This document shows positions 39,701-57,793 of a stretch of 64,000 nt of DNA, in pieces (within the stretch, counting starts at the first letter, position 1; each line of letters begins with the position of its first letter). Both the position numbers and the translations under genes were made by a program. Below the pieces are notes generated by a model. It ran no database searches. It saw nothing but the letters and a program-made list of their open reading frames with translations, and was not told the DNA's origin. Source of the stretch: Escherichia phage REP4; the sequence record OQ174503.1; one strand, given 5' to 3'.

Positions 39701-39828
39701 GTCCTCTATTTGATGCATCTGGAACAACATTTGCACAATTTAGGGATTTAGTTAATAAACGTCTAAAAGATAATATAGGAAATCCAAGAGACCCTGAAAA
39801 TCCAACACAGGTTAAAATAGATGAATGA
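36730..39828 (+). CDS. 7: gp7 baseplate wedge initiator
   Basis: 1032 aa, synteny and T4 length. Confidence 0.93.
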   Translation: MTVKAPSVTSLRISKLSANQVQVRWDDVGANFYYFVEIAETKTNSGENLPSNQYRWINLGYTANNSFFFDDADPLTSYIIRVATAAQDFEQSDWIYTEEFETFATNAYTFQNMIEMQLANKFIQEKFTLNNSDYVNFNNDTIMAALMNESFQFSPSYVDVSSISNFIIGENEYHEIQGSIQQVCKDINRVYLMESEGILYLFERYQPVVKVSNDKGQTWKAVKLFNDRVGYPLSKTVYYQSANTTYVLGYDKIFYGRKSTDVRWSADDVRFSSQDITFAKLGDQLHLGFDVEIFATYATLPANVYRIAEAITCTDDYIYVVARDKVRYIKTSNAPIDSDPLSPTYSERLFEPDTMTITGNPKAVCYKMDSVGDKVFALIIGEVETLNANPRTSKIIDSADKGIYVLNHYTKTWKRVFGNTEEERRRIQPGYANMSTDGKLVSLSSSNFKFLSDNVVNDPETAAKYQLIGAVKYEFPREWLADKHYHMMAFIADEKSDWETFTPQPMKYYAEPFFNWSKKSNTRCWINNSDRVVVVYADLKYTKVIENIPETSPDRLVHEYWDDGDCTIVMPNVKFTGFKKYASGMLFYKASGEIISYYDFNYRVRDTVEIIWKPTEVFLKAFLQNQEHETPWSPEEERGLADPDLRPLIGTMMPDSYLLQDSNFEAFCEAYIQYLSDGYGTQYNNLRNLIRNKYPREEHAWEYLWSEIYKRNIYLNADKRDAVARFFESRSYDFYSTKGIEASYKFLFKVLYNEEVEIEIESGAGTEYDIIVQSDSLTEDLVGQTIYTATGRCNVTYIERSYSNGKLQWTVTIHNLLGRLIAGQEVKAERLPSFEGEIIRGVKGKDLLQNNIDYINRSRSYYVMKIKSNLPSSRWKSDVIRFVHPVGFGFIAITLLTMFINVGLTLKHTETIINKYKNYKWDSGLPIEYADRVAKLTPTGEIEHDSVTGEAIYEPGPMAGVKYPLPDDYNAENNNSIFQGQLPSERRKLMSPLFDASGTTFAQFRDLVNKRLKDNIGNPRDPENPTQVKIDE

Positions 39829-40825
39829 TTCAAGTGTTATCTATCGTGCGATAGTTACTTCAAAATTTAGAACAGAAAAAATGTTGAATTTTTATAATTC
39901 AATTGGAAGTGGTCCGGATAAAAACACTATCTTTATCACATTTGGAAGATCAGAACCATGGTCATCAAATGAAAATGAGGTGGGATTTGCCCCACCTTAT
40001 CCCACCGATTCTGTATTAGGTGTAACTGACATGTGGACTCATATGATGGGAACCGTGAAGGTTCTTCCATCTATGCTTGATGCAGTTATTCCTCGTCGAG
40101 ATTGGGGAGATACTAGATATCCGGATCCATACACATTTAGAATTAACGATATTGTAGTATGTAACTCAGCTCCTTACAATGCTACCGAATCAGGCGCAGG
40201 CTGGTTAGTATATCGTTGTTTAGATGTTCCTGATACCGGAATGTGTTCAATTGAGTCTTTAACTAATAAGGATGAATGCCTTAAGTTAGGTGGAAAATGG
40301 ACTCCTTCTGCTAGGTCAATGACTCCTCCTGAAGGTCGAGGAGACGCGGAAGGAACAATTGAACCTGGAGACGGATATGTTTGGGAATATCTTTTTGAGA
40401 TTCCGCCTGATGTGTCTATAAATAGATGCACGAATGAATATATCGTGGTTCCTTGGCCTGAGGAATTAAAAGAAGACCCGACTAGATGGGGATATGAAGA
40501 TAATCTCACATGGCAGCAAGATGATTTTGGATTAATTTACCGGGTTAAGGCAAATACTATTCGTTTTAAAGCATATTTAGATTCAGTTTATTTTCCTGAA
40601 GCTGCATTGCCGGGAAATAAAGGATTTAGACAAATATCAATAATCACGAATCCTCTTGAAGCTAAAGCTCATCCAAATGACCCAAACGTTAAAGCTGAAA
40701 AGGATTATTATGATCCGGAAGATTTAATGAGGCATTCGGGCGAAATGATTTATATGGAAAATAGGCCACCTATTATCATGGCAATGGATCAAACAGAAGA
40801 AATCAATATTCTGTTTACATTTTAA
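39821..40825 (+). CDS. 8: gp8 baseplate wedge protein
   Basis: 334 aa; followed by intrinsic terminator. Confidence 0.93.
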   Translation: MNDSSVIYRAIVTSKFRTEKMLNFYNSIGSGPDKNTIFITFGRSEPWSSNENEVGFAPPYPTDSVLGVTDMWTHMMGTVKVLPSMLDAVIPRRDWGDTRYPDPYTFRINDIVVCNSAPYNATESGAGWLVYRCLDVPDTGMCSIESLTNKDECLKLGGKWTPSARSMTPPEGRGDAEGTIEPGDGYVWEYLFEIPPDVSINRCTNEYIVVPWPEELKEDPTRWGYEDNLTWQQDDFGLIYRVKANTIRFKAYLDSVYFPEAALPGNKGFRQISIITNPLEAKAHPNDPNVKAEKDYYDPEDLMRHSGEMIYMENRPPIIMAMDQTEEINILFTF

Positions 40826-40830
40826 CTTAA

Positions 40831-40855
40831 GGGAGCCCATGGGCTCCCTTTTTCT
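40831..40855 (+). terminator. Intrinsic terminator after gene 8
   Basis: GGGAGCC-CATG-GGCTCCC followed by TTTTTCTTT. Confidence 0.7.
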
Positions 40856-40856
40856 T

Positions 40857-40864
40857 TATAAATA
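40857..40864 (+). promoter_or_regulatory. Late promoter for gene 9
   Basis: TATAAATA about 25 nt upstream of the gp9 ATG. Confidence 0.65.
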
Positions 40865-40888
40865 CTATAAACTCATAAGGAAACCGCT

Positions 40889-41755
40889 ATGTTCATTCAA
40901 GAACCAAAGAAATTGATTGATACCGGCGAAATTGGTAACGCTTCTACTGGTGATATCTTATTCGACGGTGGTAATAAAATTAATAGTGATTTTAACGCAA
41001 TTTATAATGCGTTTGGCGATCAACGTAAAATGGCAGTAGCAAATGGCACTGGAGCAGATGGTCAAATTATCCATGCTACTGGATATTATCAAAAACACTC
41101 TATTGCAGAGTACGCAACTCCAGTAAAAGTTGGCACTAGACATGATATTGATACCTCTACTGTAGGTGTTAAAGTTATCATTGAAAGAGGCGAACTTGGC
41201 GACTGCGTTGAATTTATTAACTCAAATGGATCAATATCAGTTACTAATCCTTTAACGATTCAAGCTATTGATTCAATTAAAGGCGTTTCAGGTAATTTGG
41301 TAGTAACTAGCCCATATAGTAAAGTAACTTTACGCTGTATTTCATCTGATAATTCTACATCGGTTTGGAATTATTCTATTGAAAGTATGTTTGGACAAAA
41401 GGAATCACCAGCTGAAGGTACATGGAATATTTCTACATCCGGATCAGTTGATATTCCACTATTTCATCGTACTGAATATAACATGGCTAAATTGTTAGTT
41501 ACATGTCAATCAGTAGATGGAAGAAAAATTAAAACGGCAGAAATAAATATTCTTGTAGATACTGTTAATTCAGCGGTCATTTCTTCTGAATATGCTGTCA
41601 TGCGAGTTGGGAATGAAACCGAAGAAGACGAAATCGCTAATATTGCATTTAGTATTAAAGAAAATTATGTAACGGCGACTATAAGTTCTTCAACTGTCGG
41701 TATGAGAGCAGCAGTTAAAGTTATCGCTACGCAGAAAATCGGGGTGGCTCAATAA
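40889..41755 (+). CDS. 9: gp9 baseplate wedge / long tail fibre socket
   Basis: 288 aa; late promoter TATAAATA at 40857. Confidence 0.93.
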   Translation: MFIQEPKKLIDTGEIGNASTGDILFDGGNKINSDFNAIYNAFGDQRKMAVANGTGADGQIIHATGYYQKHSIAEYATPVKVGTRHDIDTSTVGVKVIIERGELGDCVEFINSNGSISVTNPLTIQAIDSIKGVSGNLVVTSPYSKVTLRCISSDNSTSVWNYSIESMFGQKESPAEGTWNISTSGSVDIPLFHRTEYNMAKLLVTCQSVDGRKIKTAEINILVDTVNSAVISSEYAVMRVGNETEEDEIANIAFSIKENYVTATISSSTVGMRAAVKVIATQKIGVAQ

Positions 41756-43563
41756 TGAAACAAAATATTAATATCGGTAATGTTGTTGATGATGGTACCG
41801 GTGACTACCTGCGTAAAGGTGGTATAAAAATAAATGAAAACTTTGATGAGCTTTATTACGAGCTTGGTGATGGAGATGTTCCATATTCAGCCGGTGCCTG
41901 GAAAACTTATGATGCTTCATCTGGTCAAACACTAAAAGCCGAATGGGGAAAATCATACGCTATTAATACCTCTTCTGGAAGAGTGACTATAAATCTTCCA
42001 AAAGGAACTGTCAATGATTACAACAAGGTAATTAGAGCTAGAGACGTATTTGCTACATGGAACGTCAACCCAGTTACACTAGTAGCTGCTTCCGGCGATA
42101 CGATTAAAGGGTCTGCAGTACCAGTTGAAATTAATGTTCAATTCAGCGATTTAGAATTAGTGTATTGCGCCCCAGGACGTTGGGAATATGTCAAAAATAA
42201 GCAAATTGACAAAATTACCAGTTCAGACATTAGTAATGTAGCTCGTAAAGAATTTTTAGTCGAAGTCCAAGGACAAACAGACTTTTTAGATGTTTTCCGT
42301 GGAACTAGTTATAATGTAAATAACATCAGAGTAAAACATCGTGGTAACGAATTGTATTACGGCGATGTATTTAGTGAAAACAGCGATTTTGGCTCTCCGG
42401 GCGAAAACGAAGGTGAATTAGTTCCTCTTGATGGATTTAATATTCGATTAAGACAGCCTTGTAATATTGGTGATACTGTTCAAATTGAAACATTTATGGA
42501 TGGCGTATCACAGTGGAGAAGTTCATATACAAGACGTCAAATTAGAGTGTTAGATTCAAAATTAACGTCAAAGACTTCTTTAGAAGGAAGCATTTACGTT
42601 ACTGATTTATCAACAATGAAATCAATTCCGTTTTCAGCTTTTGGATTAATTCCAGGTGAACCTATTAATCCTAATTCTCTTGAGGTTCGTTTTAATGGAA
42701 TTTTACAAGAATTGGCTGGAACAGTTGGAATGCCATTATTTCATTGTGTTGGTGCCGATTCAGACGATGAAGTAGAATGCTCTGTTTTAGGTGGAACTTG
42801 GGAACAGTCTCATACAGACTATTCAGTTGAAACTGATGAAAACGGCATACCAGAAATTTTACATTTCGATAGAGTATTTGAGCATGGTGACATTATCAAT
42901 ATCACCTGGTTTAATAATGATTTAGGTACATTATTAACAAAAGATGAGATTATCGATGAAACTGATAATCTCTATGTATCGCAAGGACCAGGAGTAGATA
43001 TTTCCGGTGATGTAAATTTAACAGACTTCGATAAAATTGGTTGGCCAAATGTAGAAGCAGTTCAATCCTATCAACGCGAATTTAATGCTGTTTCAAATAT
43101 CTTTGATACGATTTATCCTATTGGAACTATATATGAAAACGCTGTTAATCCAAATAACCCTGTTACATATATGGGATTCGGCTCATGGAAATTATTTGGG
43201 CAAGGAAAAGTTTTAGTTGGATGGAATGAAGATATTTCGGACCCTAACTTTGCTCTAAATAATAACGATTTAGATTCGGGTGGAAATCCTTCACATACGG
43301 CGGGTGGAACAGGCGGTTCTACTTCTGTTACATTGGAAAATGCTAATCTTCCTGCAACTGAGACAGATGAAGAAGTTCTAATAGTTGATGAAAATGGATC
43401 AGTCATTGTTGGTGGATGTCAATACGACCCAGATGAATCCGGTCCAGTTTACACGAAATACCGTGAAGCTAAAGCATCTACTAACTCTACTCATACTCCG
43501 CCAACATCAATAACTAACATTCAACCATATATTACAGTTTATCGTTGGATAAGGATTGCATAA
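41755..43563 (+). CDS. 10: gp10 baseplate wedge protein
   Basis: 602 aa. Confidence 0.93.
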   Translation: MKQNINIGNVVDDGTGDYLRKGGIKINENFDELYYELGDGDVPYSAGAWKTYDASSGQTLKAEWGKSYAINTSSGRVTINLPKGTVNDYNKVIRARDVFATWNVNPVTLVAASGDTIKGSAVPVEINVQFSDLELVYCAPGRWEYVKNKQIDKITSSDISNVARKEFLVEVQGQTDFLDVFRGTSYNVNNIRVKHRGNELYYGDVFSENSDFGSPGENEGELVPLDGFNIRLRQPCNIGDTVQIETFMDGVSQWRSSYTRRQIRVLDSKLTSKTSLEGSIYVTDLSTMKSIPFSAFGLIPGEPINPNSLEVRFNGILQELAGTVGMPLFHCVGADSDDEVECSVLGGTWEQSHTDYSVETDENGIPEILHFDRVFEHGDIINITWFNNDLGTLLTKDEIIDETDNLYVSQGPGVDISGDVNLTDFDKIGWPNVEAVQSYQREFNAVSNIFDTIYPIGTIYENAVNPNNPVTYMGFGSWKLFGQGKVLVGWNEDISDPNFALNNNDLDSGGNPSHTAGGTGGSTSVTLENANLPATETDEEVLIVDENGSVIVGGCQYDPDESGPVYTKYREAKASTNSTHTPPTSITNIQPYITVYRWIRIA

Positions 43564-44222
43564 TGAGTTTACTTAATAATAAAGCGGGAGTTATTTCCCG
43601 CTTAGCCGATTTTCTTGGTTTTAGACCTAAAACTGGCGACATCGATGTAATGAATCGTCAATCAGTTGGGTCAGTGACAATTTCTCAATTAGCGAAAGGA
43701 TTTTATGAACCAAACGTAGAATCAGCTATTAATGACGTTCATAATTTTTCTATAAAAGACGTTGGTACAATTATTACTAATAAAACTGGTGTTTCTCCTG
43801 AGGGTGTTTCTCAAACTGATTATTGGGCATTTTCGGGAACTGTAACAGATGATTCGCTTCCTCCTGGTTCTCCTGTTACTGTGTTAGTATTTGGTCTTCC
43901 AGTTTCAGCAACAACTGGAATGACAGCTATTGAGTTTGTCGCCAAAGTTCGTGTTGCTCTACAAGAAGCTATTGCGTCATTTACTGCTATCAATTCATAT
44001 AAAGACCATCCAACAGATGGTAGTAAATTAGAAGTTACTTATTTAGATAATCAAAAACATGTATTAAGCACATATTCTACATATGGAATAACTATTTCTC
44101 AGGAAATTATTTCAGAATCTAAGCCTGGATATGGCACATGGAATTTGCTTGGTGCACAAACTGTAACTTTAGATAATCAGCAAACTCCGATAGTACTTTA
44201 TCATTTTGAGAGAACAGCATGA
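43563..44222 (+). CDS. 11: gp11 baseplate wedge / short tail fibre attachment
   Basis: 219 aa from ATG at 43563 ([20 protein letters not shown]...), overlapping the gp10 stop; track start 43545 is upstream. Confidence 0.93.
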   Translation: MSLLNNKAGVISRLADFLGFRPKTGDIDVMNRQSVGSVTISQLAKGFYEPNVESAINDVHNFSIKDVGTIITNKTGVSPEGVSQTDYWAFSGTVTDDSLPPGSPVTVLVFGLPVSATTGMTAIEFVAKVRVALQEAIASFTAINSYKDHPTDGSKLEVTYLDNQKHVLSTYSTYGITISQEIISESKPGYGTWNLLGAQTVTLDNQQTPIVLYHFERTA

Positions 44223-45802
44223 GTAATAATACATACCAACACGTTTCTAATGAATCTCGCTATGTAAAATTTGATCCAACTGGTACAAATTTTCCAGCAG
44301 AGATTACTGATGTTCAGGCTGCTATAGCAGCCATTTCTCCTGCTGGTGTAAATGGAGTTCCTGATGCATCATCAACAACAAAGGGAATTTTATTTCTTGC
44401 CACTGAACAGGAAGTTATCGACGGAACTGATAATACCAAAGCAGTTACACCAGCAACGTTGGCAACAAGATTATCTTATCCAAACGCAACTGAAACTGTT
44501 TATGGATTAACAAGATATTCAACCAATGATGAAGCAATTGCCGGAGTTAATAATGAATCTTCTATAACTCCTGCTAAATTTACTGTTGCCCTTAATAATG
44601 CCTTTGAAACTCGTGTTTCAACTGAATCAAAGAATGGAGTTATTAAAATTTCATCTCTACCGCAAGCATTAGCTGGCGCAGATGATACTACTGCGATGAC
44701 TCCGTTAAAAACGCAGCAGTTAGCTATTAAACTAATTGCGCAAATCGCTCCTTCTGAAACCACAGCTACCGAATCGGACCAAGGTGTTGTTCAATTAGCG
44801 ACAGTAGCTCAAGTTCGTCAAGGAACCTTAAGAGAAGGCTATGCAATTTCTCCTTATACGCTAATGAATTCTACTGCTACTGAAGAATATAAAGGCGTAA
44901 TTAAATTAGGAACACAATCAGAAGTTAACTCGAATAATGCTTCTGTTGCGGTTACTGGCGCAACTCTTAATGGTCGTGGTTCTACAACGTCAATGAGAGG
45001 CGTAGTTAAATTAACTACAACCGCCGGCTCACAGAGTGGAGGTGATGCTTCATCAGCATTAGCTTGGAATGCTGATGTTATCCACCAAAGAGGTGGTCAA
45101 ACGATTAATGGAACACTTCGCATTAATAATACGCTCACAATAGCTTCAGGCGGAGCAAATATTACCGGAACAGTTAACATGACCGGTGGTTATATTCAGG
45201 GTAAGCGTGTTGTAACACAGAATGAAATAGATAGAACTATTCCTGTCGGAGCTATTATGATGTGGGCGGCAGATAGTCTTCCTAGTGATGCTTGGCGCTT
45301 CTGTCATGGCGGAACTGTTTCAGCATCAGATTGTCCGTTATATGCTTCTAGAATTGGAACAAGATACGGCGGAAGCTCATCAAATCCTGGATTACCTGAT
45401 ATGCGCGGTCTTTTTGTTCGTGGCTCTGGTCGTGGCTCTCACTTAACAAATCCAAATGTTAACGGTAATGACCAATTTGGCAAGCCTAGATTAGGCGTAG
45501 GTTGTACTGGTGGGTATGTTGGTGAAGTACAGAAACAACAGATGTCTTATCATAAACACGCTGGCGGATTTGGTGAGCATGATGATTCTGGAGCATTCGG
45601 TAATACCCGTAGATCAAATTTTGTTGGTACACGTAAAGGACTTGACTGGGATAACCGTTCATATTTCACCAATGACGGATATGAAATTGACCCAGCATCA
45701 CAACGAAATTCCAAATATACACTAAACCGTCCTGAATTAATTGGAAATGAAACACGTCCATGGAACATTTCTTTAAACTACATAATTAAGGTAAAAGAAT
45801 GA
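44219..45802 (+). CDS. 12: gp12 short tail fibre
   Basis: 527 aa. Confidence 0.93.
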   Translation: MSNNTYQHVSNESRYVKFDPTGTNFPAEITDVQAAIAAISPAGVNGVPDASSTTKGILFLATEQEVIDGTDNTKAVTPATLATRLSYPNATETVYGLTRYSTNDEAIAGVNNESSITPAKFTVALNNAFETRVSTESKNGVIKISSLPQALAGADDTTAMTPLKTQQLAIKLIAQIAPSETTATESDQGVVQLATVAQVRQGTLREGYAISPYTLMNSTATEEYKGVIKLGTQSEVNSNNASVAVTGATLNGRGSTTSMRGVVKLTTTAGSQSGGDASSALAWNADVIHQRGGQTINGTLRINNTLTIASGGANITGTVNMTGGYIQGKRVVTQNEIDRTIPVGAIMMWAADSLPSDAWRFCHGGTVSASDCPLYASRIGTRYGGSSSNPGLPDMRGLFVRGSGRGSHLTNPNVNGNDQFGKPRLGVGCTGGYVGEVQKQQMSYHKHAGGFGEHDDSGAFGNTRRSNFVGTRKGLDWDNRSYFTNDGYEIDPASQRNSKYTLNRPELIGNETRPWNISLNYIIKVKE

Positions 45803-47262
45803 CAGATATTGTACTGAATGACTTACCATTCGTTGACGGCCCTCCTGCAGAGGGCCAGAGCCGCATTTCCTGGATTAAAAACGGCGAAGAAATATTAGGA
45901 GCTGACACACAGTATGGAAGTGAAGGTTCAATGAATAGACCTACAGTTTCTGTACTAAGAAATGTTGAAGTTCTTGATAAAAACATTGGAATACTCAAAA
46001 CATCTTTAGAATCCGCGAATAGTGATATTAAAACAATTCAGGGCATCTTAGATGTATCTGGTGATATTGAAGCTTTGGCCCAAATAAGTATCAATAAAAA
46101 GGATATTTCTGACCTTAAAACGCTAACCAGTGAACATACAGAAATATTAAATGGAACTAATAGTACAGTTGACAGCATTCTTGCTGATATTGGTCCATTT
46201 AACTCCGAGGCCAACTCTGTATACAGAACGATCAGAAATGATTTACTGTGGATAAAGCGTGAACTTGGGCAATATACAGGCCAAGATATTAATGGTCTTC
46301 CTGTTGTAGGAAATCCTAGCACAGGAATGAAGCATCGCATTATTAATAATACTGATGTCATCACTTCACAGGGAATACGTTTAAGCGAATTAGAAACAAA
46401 ATTTATTGAATCTGATGTAGGTTCTTTAACTATTGAAGTTGGTAATCTTCGCGAAGAACTTGGACCTAAACCACCATCGTTTTCACAAACCGTTTATAGT
46501 CGCTTAAATGAAATTGACACTAAACAGACAACAGTTGAGTCTGACATTAGTGTTATTAAGACCTCAATAGGATATCCAGGAAATAATTCGATTATTACGA
46601 GTGTTAATACAAACACTGATAATATTGCATCTATTAATTTAGAGCTAAATCAAAGTGGAGGTATTAAACAACGTTTAACCGTTATTGAAACTTCTATTGG
46701 TTCAGATGATATTCCTTCGAGTATTAAAGGCCAAATCAAAGATAATACAACTTCAATCGAAGCTCTAAATGGAATCGTCGGTGAAAACACTTCATCCGGT
46801 TTAAGAGCGAATGTTTCGTGGTTAAACCAAATTGTTGGAACTGATTCTAGCGGTGGACAACCTTCTCCTCCTGGGTCTCTTTTAAACCGAGTTTCTACAA
46901 TTGAAACTTCTGTTTCAAGCTTGAACAACGATGTTCAAAACCTACAAGTAGAGATTGGTAATAACAGCGCAGGAATTAAAGGGCAAGTTGTAGCGTTAAA
47001 TACTTTAGTAAATGGAACTAATCCAAACGGTTCAACTGTCGAAGAACGTGGATTAACCAATTCAATAAAAGCTAACGAAACCAACATTGCATCAGTTACA
47101 CAAGAAGTGAATACAGCCAAAGGCAGTATATCTTCTCTGCAAAGTGATGTTCAAGCTCTACAAGAAGCAGGTTATATTCCTGAAGCTCCGAAAGATGGTC
47201 AAGCTTACGTTCGTAAAGACGGCGAATGGGTATTACTTTCTACCTTTTTATCACCAGCATAA
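45799..47262 (+). CDS. wac: Fibritin (whisker antigen control, neck whiskers)
   Basis: 487 aa with long coiled-coil segment repeats and C-terminal foldon-like [27 protein letters not shown]. Confidence 0.95.
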   Translation: MTDIVLNDLPFVDGPPAEGQSRISWIKNGEEILGADTQYGSEGSMNRPTVSVLRNVEVLDKNIGILKTSLESANSDIKTIQGILDVSGDIEALAQISINKKDISDLKTLTSEHTEILNGTNSTVDSILADIGPFNSEANSVYRTIRNDLLWIKRELGQYTGQDINGLPVVGNPSTGMKHRIINNTDVITSQGIRLSELETKFIESDVGSLTIEVGNLREELGPKPPSFSQTVYSRLNEIDTKQTTVESDISVIKTSIGYPGNNSIITSVNTNTDNIASINLELNQSGGIKQRLTVIETSIGSDDIPSSIKGQIKDNTTSIEALNGIVGENTSSGLRANVSWLNQIVGTDSSGGQPSPPGSLLNRVSTIETSVSSLNNDVQNLQVEIGNNSAGIKGQVVALNTLVNGTNPNGSTVEERGLTNSIKANETNIASVTQEVNTAKGSISSLQSDVQALQEAGYIPEAPKDGQAYVRKDGEWVLLSTFLSPA

Positions 47263-47275
47263 CATGGGGCCGCAA

Positions 47276-47292
47276 GGCCCCAAAGGATTTTT
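47276..47292 (+). terminator. Hairpin after wac (weak terminator)
   Basis: GGGGCC-GCAA-GGCCCC, T-run only after AAAGGA. Confidence 0.4.
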
Positions 47293-47294
47293 AA

Positions 47295-48996
<1,702 letters not shown>

Positions 48997-49037
48997 TAAA
49001 TATTATAAACTAATTAAAGCCCAGATTAGGAGAAATC

Positions 49038-52178
<3,141 letters not shown>

Positions 52179-52206
52179 TATTAAAGCATATTAAAGAGGA
52201 TTAAAA

Positions 52207-54186
52207 ATGACTTTATTATCTCCGGGCATTGAGCTCAAAGAAACTACGGTTCAAAGCACCGTGGTTAATAACTCTACTGGTACAGCAGCTTTGGCCGGTA
52301 AATTCCAGTGGGGTCCTGCTTTTCAGATTAAACAGGTTACAAATGAAGTAGATTTAGTTAATACTTTTGGTCAACCTACAGCTGAAACTGCTGATTATTT
52401 TATGTCTGCAATGAATTTCTTACAATATGGAAATGATTTACGAGTTGTGCGCGCTGTCGATAGAGATACCGCTAAAAACTCATCTCCGATTGCTGGTAAT
52501 ATTGAATACACTATTTCTACCCCAGGTAGTAACTACGCGGTTGGAGATAAAATCACAGTTAAGTATGTTTCAGAAGACATTGAAACGGAAGGTAAAATTA
52601 CCGAAGTAGATGCTGATGGAAAAATTAAGAAAATTAATATTCCTACCGCAAAAATTATCGCTAAAGCGAAAGAAGTCGGTGAATATCCAGCATTAGGTTC
52701 TAACTGGACCGCGGAAATTTCTTCGTCTTCCTCTGGTTTAGCTGCAGTAATAACTCTTGGAAAAATTATTACTGATTCTGGTATTTTATTAGCTGAAATT
52801 GAAAATGCCGAAGCTGCTATGACAGCGGTTGAATTTCAAACAAATCTTGAAAAATATGGAATTCCAGGAGTAGTAGCTCTTTATCCAGGCGAGTTGGGCG
52901 ATAAAATCGAAATTGAAATCGTATCTAAAGCTGACTACGCAAAAGGCGCTTCTGCATTACTCCCAATTTATCCAGGTGGCGGAACACGCGCATCTACTGC
53001 AAAAGCAGTGTTTGGATATGGACCACAAACTGATTCACAATATGCTATTATAGTTCGTCGCAATGATGCTATTGTTCAAAGCGTTGTTCTTTCAACAAAG
53101 CGTGGTGAAAAAGATATTTACGATAGTAACATCTATATTGATGACTTTTTCGCAAAAGGTGGTTCAGAATATATTTTTGCAACTGCACAAAACTGGCCAG
53201 AAGGCTTCTCTGGAATTTTAACTCTGTCTGGCGGATTATCATCAAATGCTGAAGTAACAGCAGGAGATTTGATGGAAGCTTGGGACTTCTTTGCTGACCG
53301 TGAATCCGTTGATGTTCAGTTGTTTATTGCTGGCTCTTGTGCCGGTGAATCTTTAGAAACAGCATCTACTGTCCAAAAACATGTTGTTTCAATCGGGGAT
53401 GCTCGTCAGGATTGCTTAGTATTATGCTCACCACCGCGTGAAACTGTAGTTGGAATTCCTGTAACTCGTGCTGTCGATAACTTAGTCAATTGGAGAACTG
53501 CAACTGGTTCATACACTGATAATAACTTTAATATCAGTTCAACCTATGCAGCAATTGATGGTAACTACAAATATCAGTATGACAAATATAATGATGTAAA
53601 TCGTTGGGTTCCATTAGCAGCTGATATTGCTGGTTTATGCGCAAGAACTGATAACGTTTCTCAGACTTGGATGTCTCCAGCTGGTTATAATCGCGGCCAG
53701 ATTCTTAACGTTATTAAACTTGCTATTGAAACTCGCCAGGCTCAGCGCGACCGTTTATATCAAGAAGCTATCAACCCGGTAACCGGTACAGGTGGTGATG
53801 GTTACGTATTGTATGGTGATAAAACAGCTACTTCTGTTCCTTCTCCATTTGATCGTATTAACGTTCGTCGTCTGTTTAATATGTTGAAAACGAATATCGG
53901 ACGTAGTTCAAAATATCGTTTGTTCGAATTAAACAACGCGTTTACTCGTTCATCATTCCGCACAGAAACTGCCCAATACTTACAGGGAATTAAAGCTCTC
54001 GGTGGAATTTATGAATATCGTGTAGTTTGCGATACAACAAATAACACTCCGTCAGTAATTGATAGAAATGAGTTTGTTGCAACATTCTACATCCAACCGG
54101 CTAGAAGCATTAACTACATTACCTTGAACTTCGTAGCAACTGCTACTGGTGCAGATTTCGATGAGTTAACTGGTCTTGCAGGTTAA
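52207..54186 (+). CDS. 18: Tail sheath protein
   Basis: 659 aa; late promoter TATAAATA at 52171. Confidence 0.95.
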   Translation: MTLLSPGIELKETTVQSTVVNNSTGTAALAGKFQWGPAFQIKQVTNEVDLVNTFGQPTAETADYFMSAMNFLQYGNDLRVVRAVDRDTAKNSSPIAGNIEYTISTPGSNYAVGDKITVKYVSEDIETEGKITEVDADGKIKKINIPTAKIIAKAKEVGEYPALGSNWTAEISSSSSGLAAVITLGKIITDSGILLAEIENAEAAMTAVEFQTNLEKYGIPGVVALYPGELGDKIEIEIVSKADYAKGASALLPIYPGGGTRASTAKAVFGYGPQTDSQYAIIVRRNDAIVQSVVLSTKRGEKDIYDSNIYIDDFFAKGGSEYIFATAQNWPEGFSGILTLSGGLSSNAEVTAGDLMEAWDFFADRESVDVQLFIAGSCAGESLETASTVQKHVVSIGDARQDCLVLCSPPRETVVGIPVTRAVDNLVNWRTATGSYTDNNFNISSTYAAIDGNYKYQYDKYNDVNRWVPLAADIAGLCARTDNVSQTWMSPAGYNRGQILNVIKLAIETRQAQRDRLYQEAINPVTGTGGDGYVLYGDKTATSVPSPFDRINVRRLFNMLKTNIGRSSKYRLFELNNAFTRSSFRTETAQYLQGIKALGGIYEYRVVCDTTNNTPSVIDRNEFVATFYIQPARSINYITLNFVATATGADFDELTGLAG

Positions 54187-54221
54187 TACGGTGCATTCTA
54201 AAGGCCTGTTTCGGCAGGCCA

Positions 54222-54288
54222 TATAAATACACTATATCCTTAATTCTTTAATTCTATATGCCCTAGGTTAAACATAGGGATATAAATA
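54222..54288 (+). promoter_or_regulatory. Late promoter motifs upstream of gene 19 (two TATAAATA copies)
   Basis: TATAAATA at 54222-54229 and 54281-54288. Confidence 0.6.
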
Positions 54289-54302
54289 CTACAGAGGCTA
54301 AT

Positions 54303-54794
54303 ATGTTTGTAGATGATGTAACACGAGCGTTTGAATCTGGTGATTTTGCTCGACCTAACTTATTCCAAGTAGAAATTTCTTATCTTGGACAAAATTTTAC
54401 GTTTCAATGTAAAGCCACTGCTTTACCAGCTGGTATTGTAGAAAAAATTCCAGTCGGATTTATGAACCGTAAAATTAACGTAGCAGGCGATCGTACATTC
54501 GATGACTGGACTATTACAGTAATGAACGATGAAGCACATGATGCTCGCCAGAAGTTTGTTGATTGGCAAAGCATTGCTGCTGGGCAAGGGAACGAAATTA
54601 CTGGTGGAAAACCAGCAGAATATAAAAAGAGCGCTGTTGTTCGCCAATATGCTCGTGACGCTAAAACTGTAACAAAAGAAGTCGAAATTAAAGGCTTGTG
54701 GCCTACTAACGTGGGTGAACTTCAATTAGATTGGGATTCAAACAATGAAATCCAAACCTTTGAAGTAACTCTCGCTCTCGATTATTGGGAATAA
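54303..54794 (+). CDS. 19: Tail tube protein
   Basis: 163 aa; late promoter at 54281. Confidence 0.95.
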   Translation: MFVDDVTRAFESGDFARPNLFQVEISYLGQNFTFQCKATALPAGIVEKIPVGFMNRKINVAGDRTFDDWTITVMNDEAHDARQKFVDWQSIAAGQGNEITGGKPAEYKKSAVVRQYARDAKTVTKEVEIKGLWPTNVGELQLDWDSNNEIQTFEVTLALDYWE

Positions 54795-54826
54795 AATGAA
54801 TGGGGAGAAATCCCCATCCTGCTTAA

Positions 54827-56451
<1,625 letters not shown>

Positions 56452-56452
<1 letters not shown>

Positions 56453-56700
56453 TGGAAGGTTTAATTGAAGCTATTAAATCAAACGACCTCGTAGCCGCTC
56501 GTAAATTATTTGCTGAAGCCATGGCTGCAAGAACGATTGATTTAATTAAAGAAGAAAAAATCGCTATCGCTCGTAATTTCTTAATCGAAGGTGAAGAACC
56601 TGAAGACGAGGATGATGACGAAGACGAAGATAGTGATGATAAAGACGACAAAAAAGACAAAGACTCTGACGAAGATGACGAAGACGAGGATGATGAATAA
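56452..56700 (+). CDS. 67: gp67 prohead core protein with poly-acidic C-terminus
   Basis: 82 aa ending [32 protein letters not shown]. Confidence 0.85.
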
Positions 56701-57125
56701 TGCTTCTGATCCCTGAAACTCATGAATTAGTTCTCGAGAATGTCGAAGCACTTATTCCTGAAGCACAGGGTCGCTTTGACGAATTGTCTTCTGCTTTAAA
56801 TAAAGACGATATAAATACAATTGTCGAGAATATGCTTGATGATGAAACTGATTTAGCAGTTGCATTAGCTTCTATTAATGAAAATATGCCGTTAAATGAA
56901 TTCATTGTTAAGCATGTTTCAGCTCGTGGTGAAATTACACGTACTAAAGACCGCAAAACACGCGAACGTAATGCATTTCAAACCACTGGGCTGTCTAAAG
57001 CAAAACGTAGACAAATTGCTCGCAAAGCTACCAAAACGAAGATTGCCAATCCAGCAGGTCAATCTCGTGCTCAGCGTAAGCGTAAAAAAGCTCTTAAACG
57101 CCGTAAAGCATTAGGATTAAGCTAA
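56700..57125 (+). CDS. 68: gp68 prohead core protein
   Basis: 141 aa with basic C-terminus. Confidence 0.85.
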
Positions 57126-57763
57126 TGAATGAACCCCAATTACTAATTGAAACTTGGGGTCAACCTGGCGAAATTATTGATGGTGTGCCAATGCTTGAAT
57201 CCCACGATGGAAAAGACTTAGGTTTAAAACCTGGTTTATACATCGAAGGAATATTCATGCAAGCGGAAGTCGTCAATAGAAATAAACGTCTTTATCCAAA
57301 ACGCATATTAGAAAAAGCGGTAAAAGACTATATTAATGAGCAAGTTTTAACTAAACAAGCTCTCGGAGAATTAAATCATCCTCCACGCGCTAATGTTGAC
57401 CCGATGCAAGCCGCTATCATTATAGAAGATATGTGGTGGAAAGGAAATGACGTATACGGACGAGCTCGTGTTATTGAAGGTGACCACGGTCCTGGAGATA
57501 AATTAGCAGCTAATATTCGTGCCGGATGGATTCCAGGAGTTTCTTCTCGTGGATTAGGTTCATTGACTGACACAAATAAAGGTTATCGTATCGTAAACGA
57601 AGGATTCAAATTAACTGTAGGTGTTGATGCAGTATGGGGTCCAAGTGCTCCAGATGCATGGGTAACTCCTAAGGAAATTACCGAATCACAGACGGCGGAA
57701 GCCGATACAAGTGCCGATGACGCCTATATGGCTCTCGCAGAGGCCATGAAAAAAGCGTTATAA
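57125..57763 (+). CDS. 21: Prohead core protease
   Basis: 212 aa, synteny 67-68-21-22-23. Confidence 0.93.
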   Translation: MNEPQLLIETWGQPGEIIDGVPMLESHDGKDLGLKPGLYIEGIFMQAEVVNRNKRLYPKRILEKAVKDYINEQVLTKQALGELNHPPRANVDPMQAAIIIEDMWWKGNDVYGRARVIEGDHGPGDKLAANIRAGWIPGVSSRGLGSLTDTNKGYRIVNEGFKLTVGVDAVWGPSAPDAWVTPKEITESQTAEADTSADDAYMALAEAMKKAL

Positions 57764-57793
57764 ATATTATTATCTAAACAACAGGACTACAAA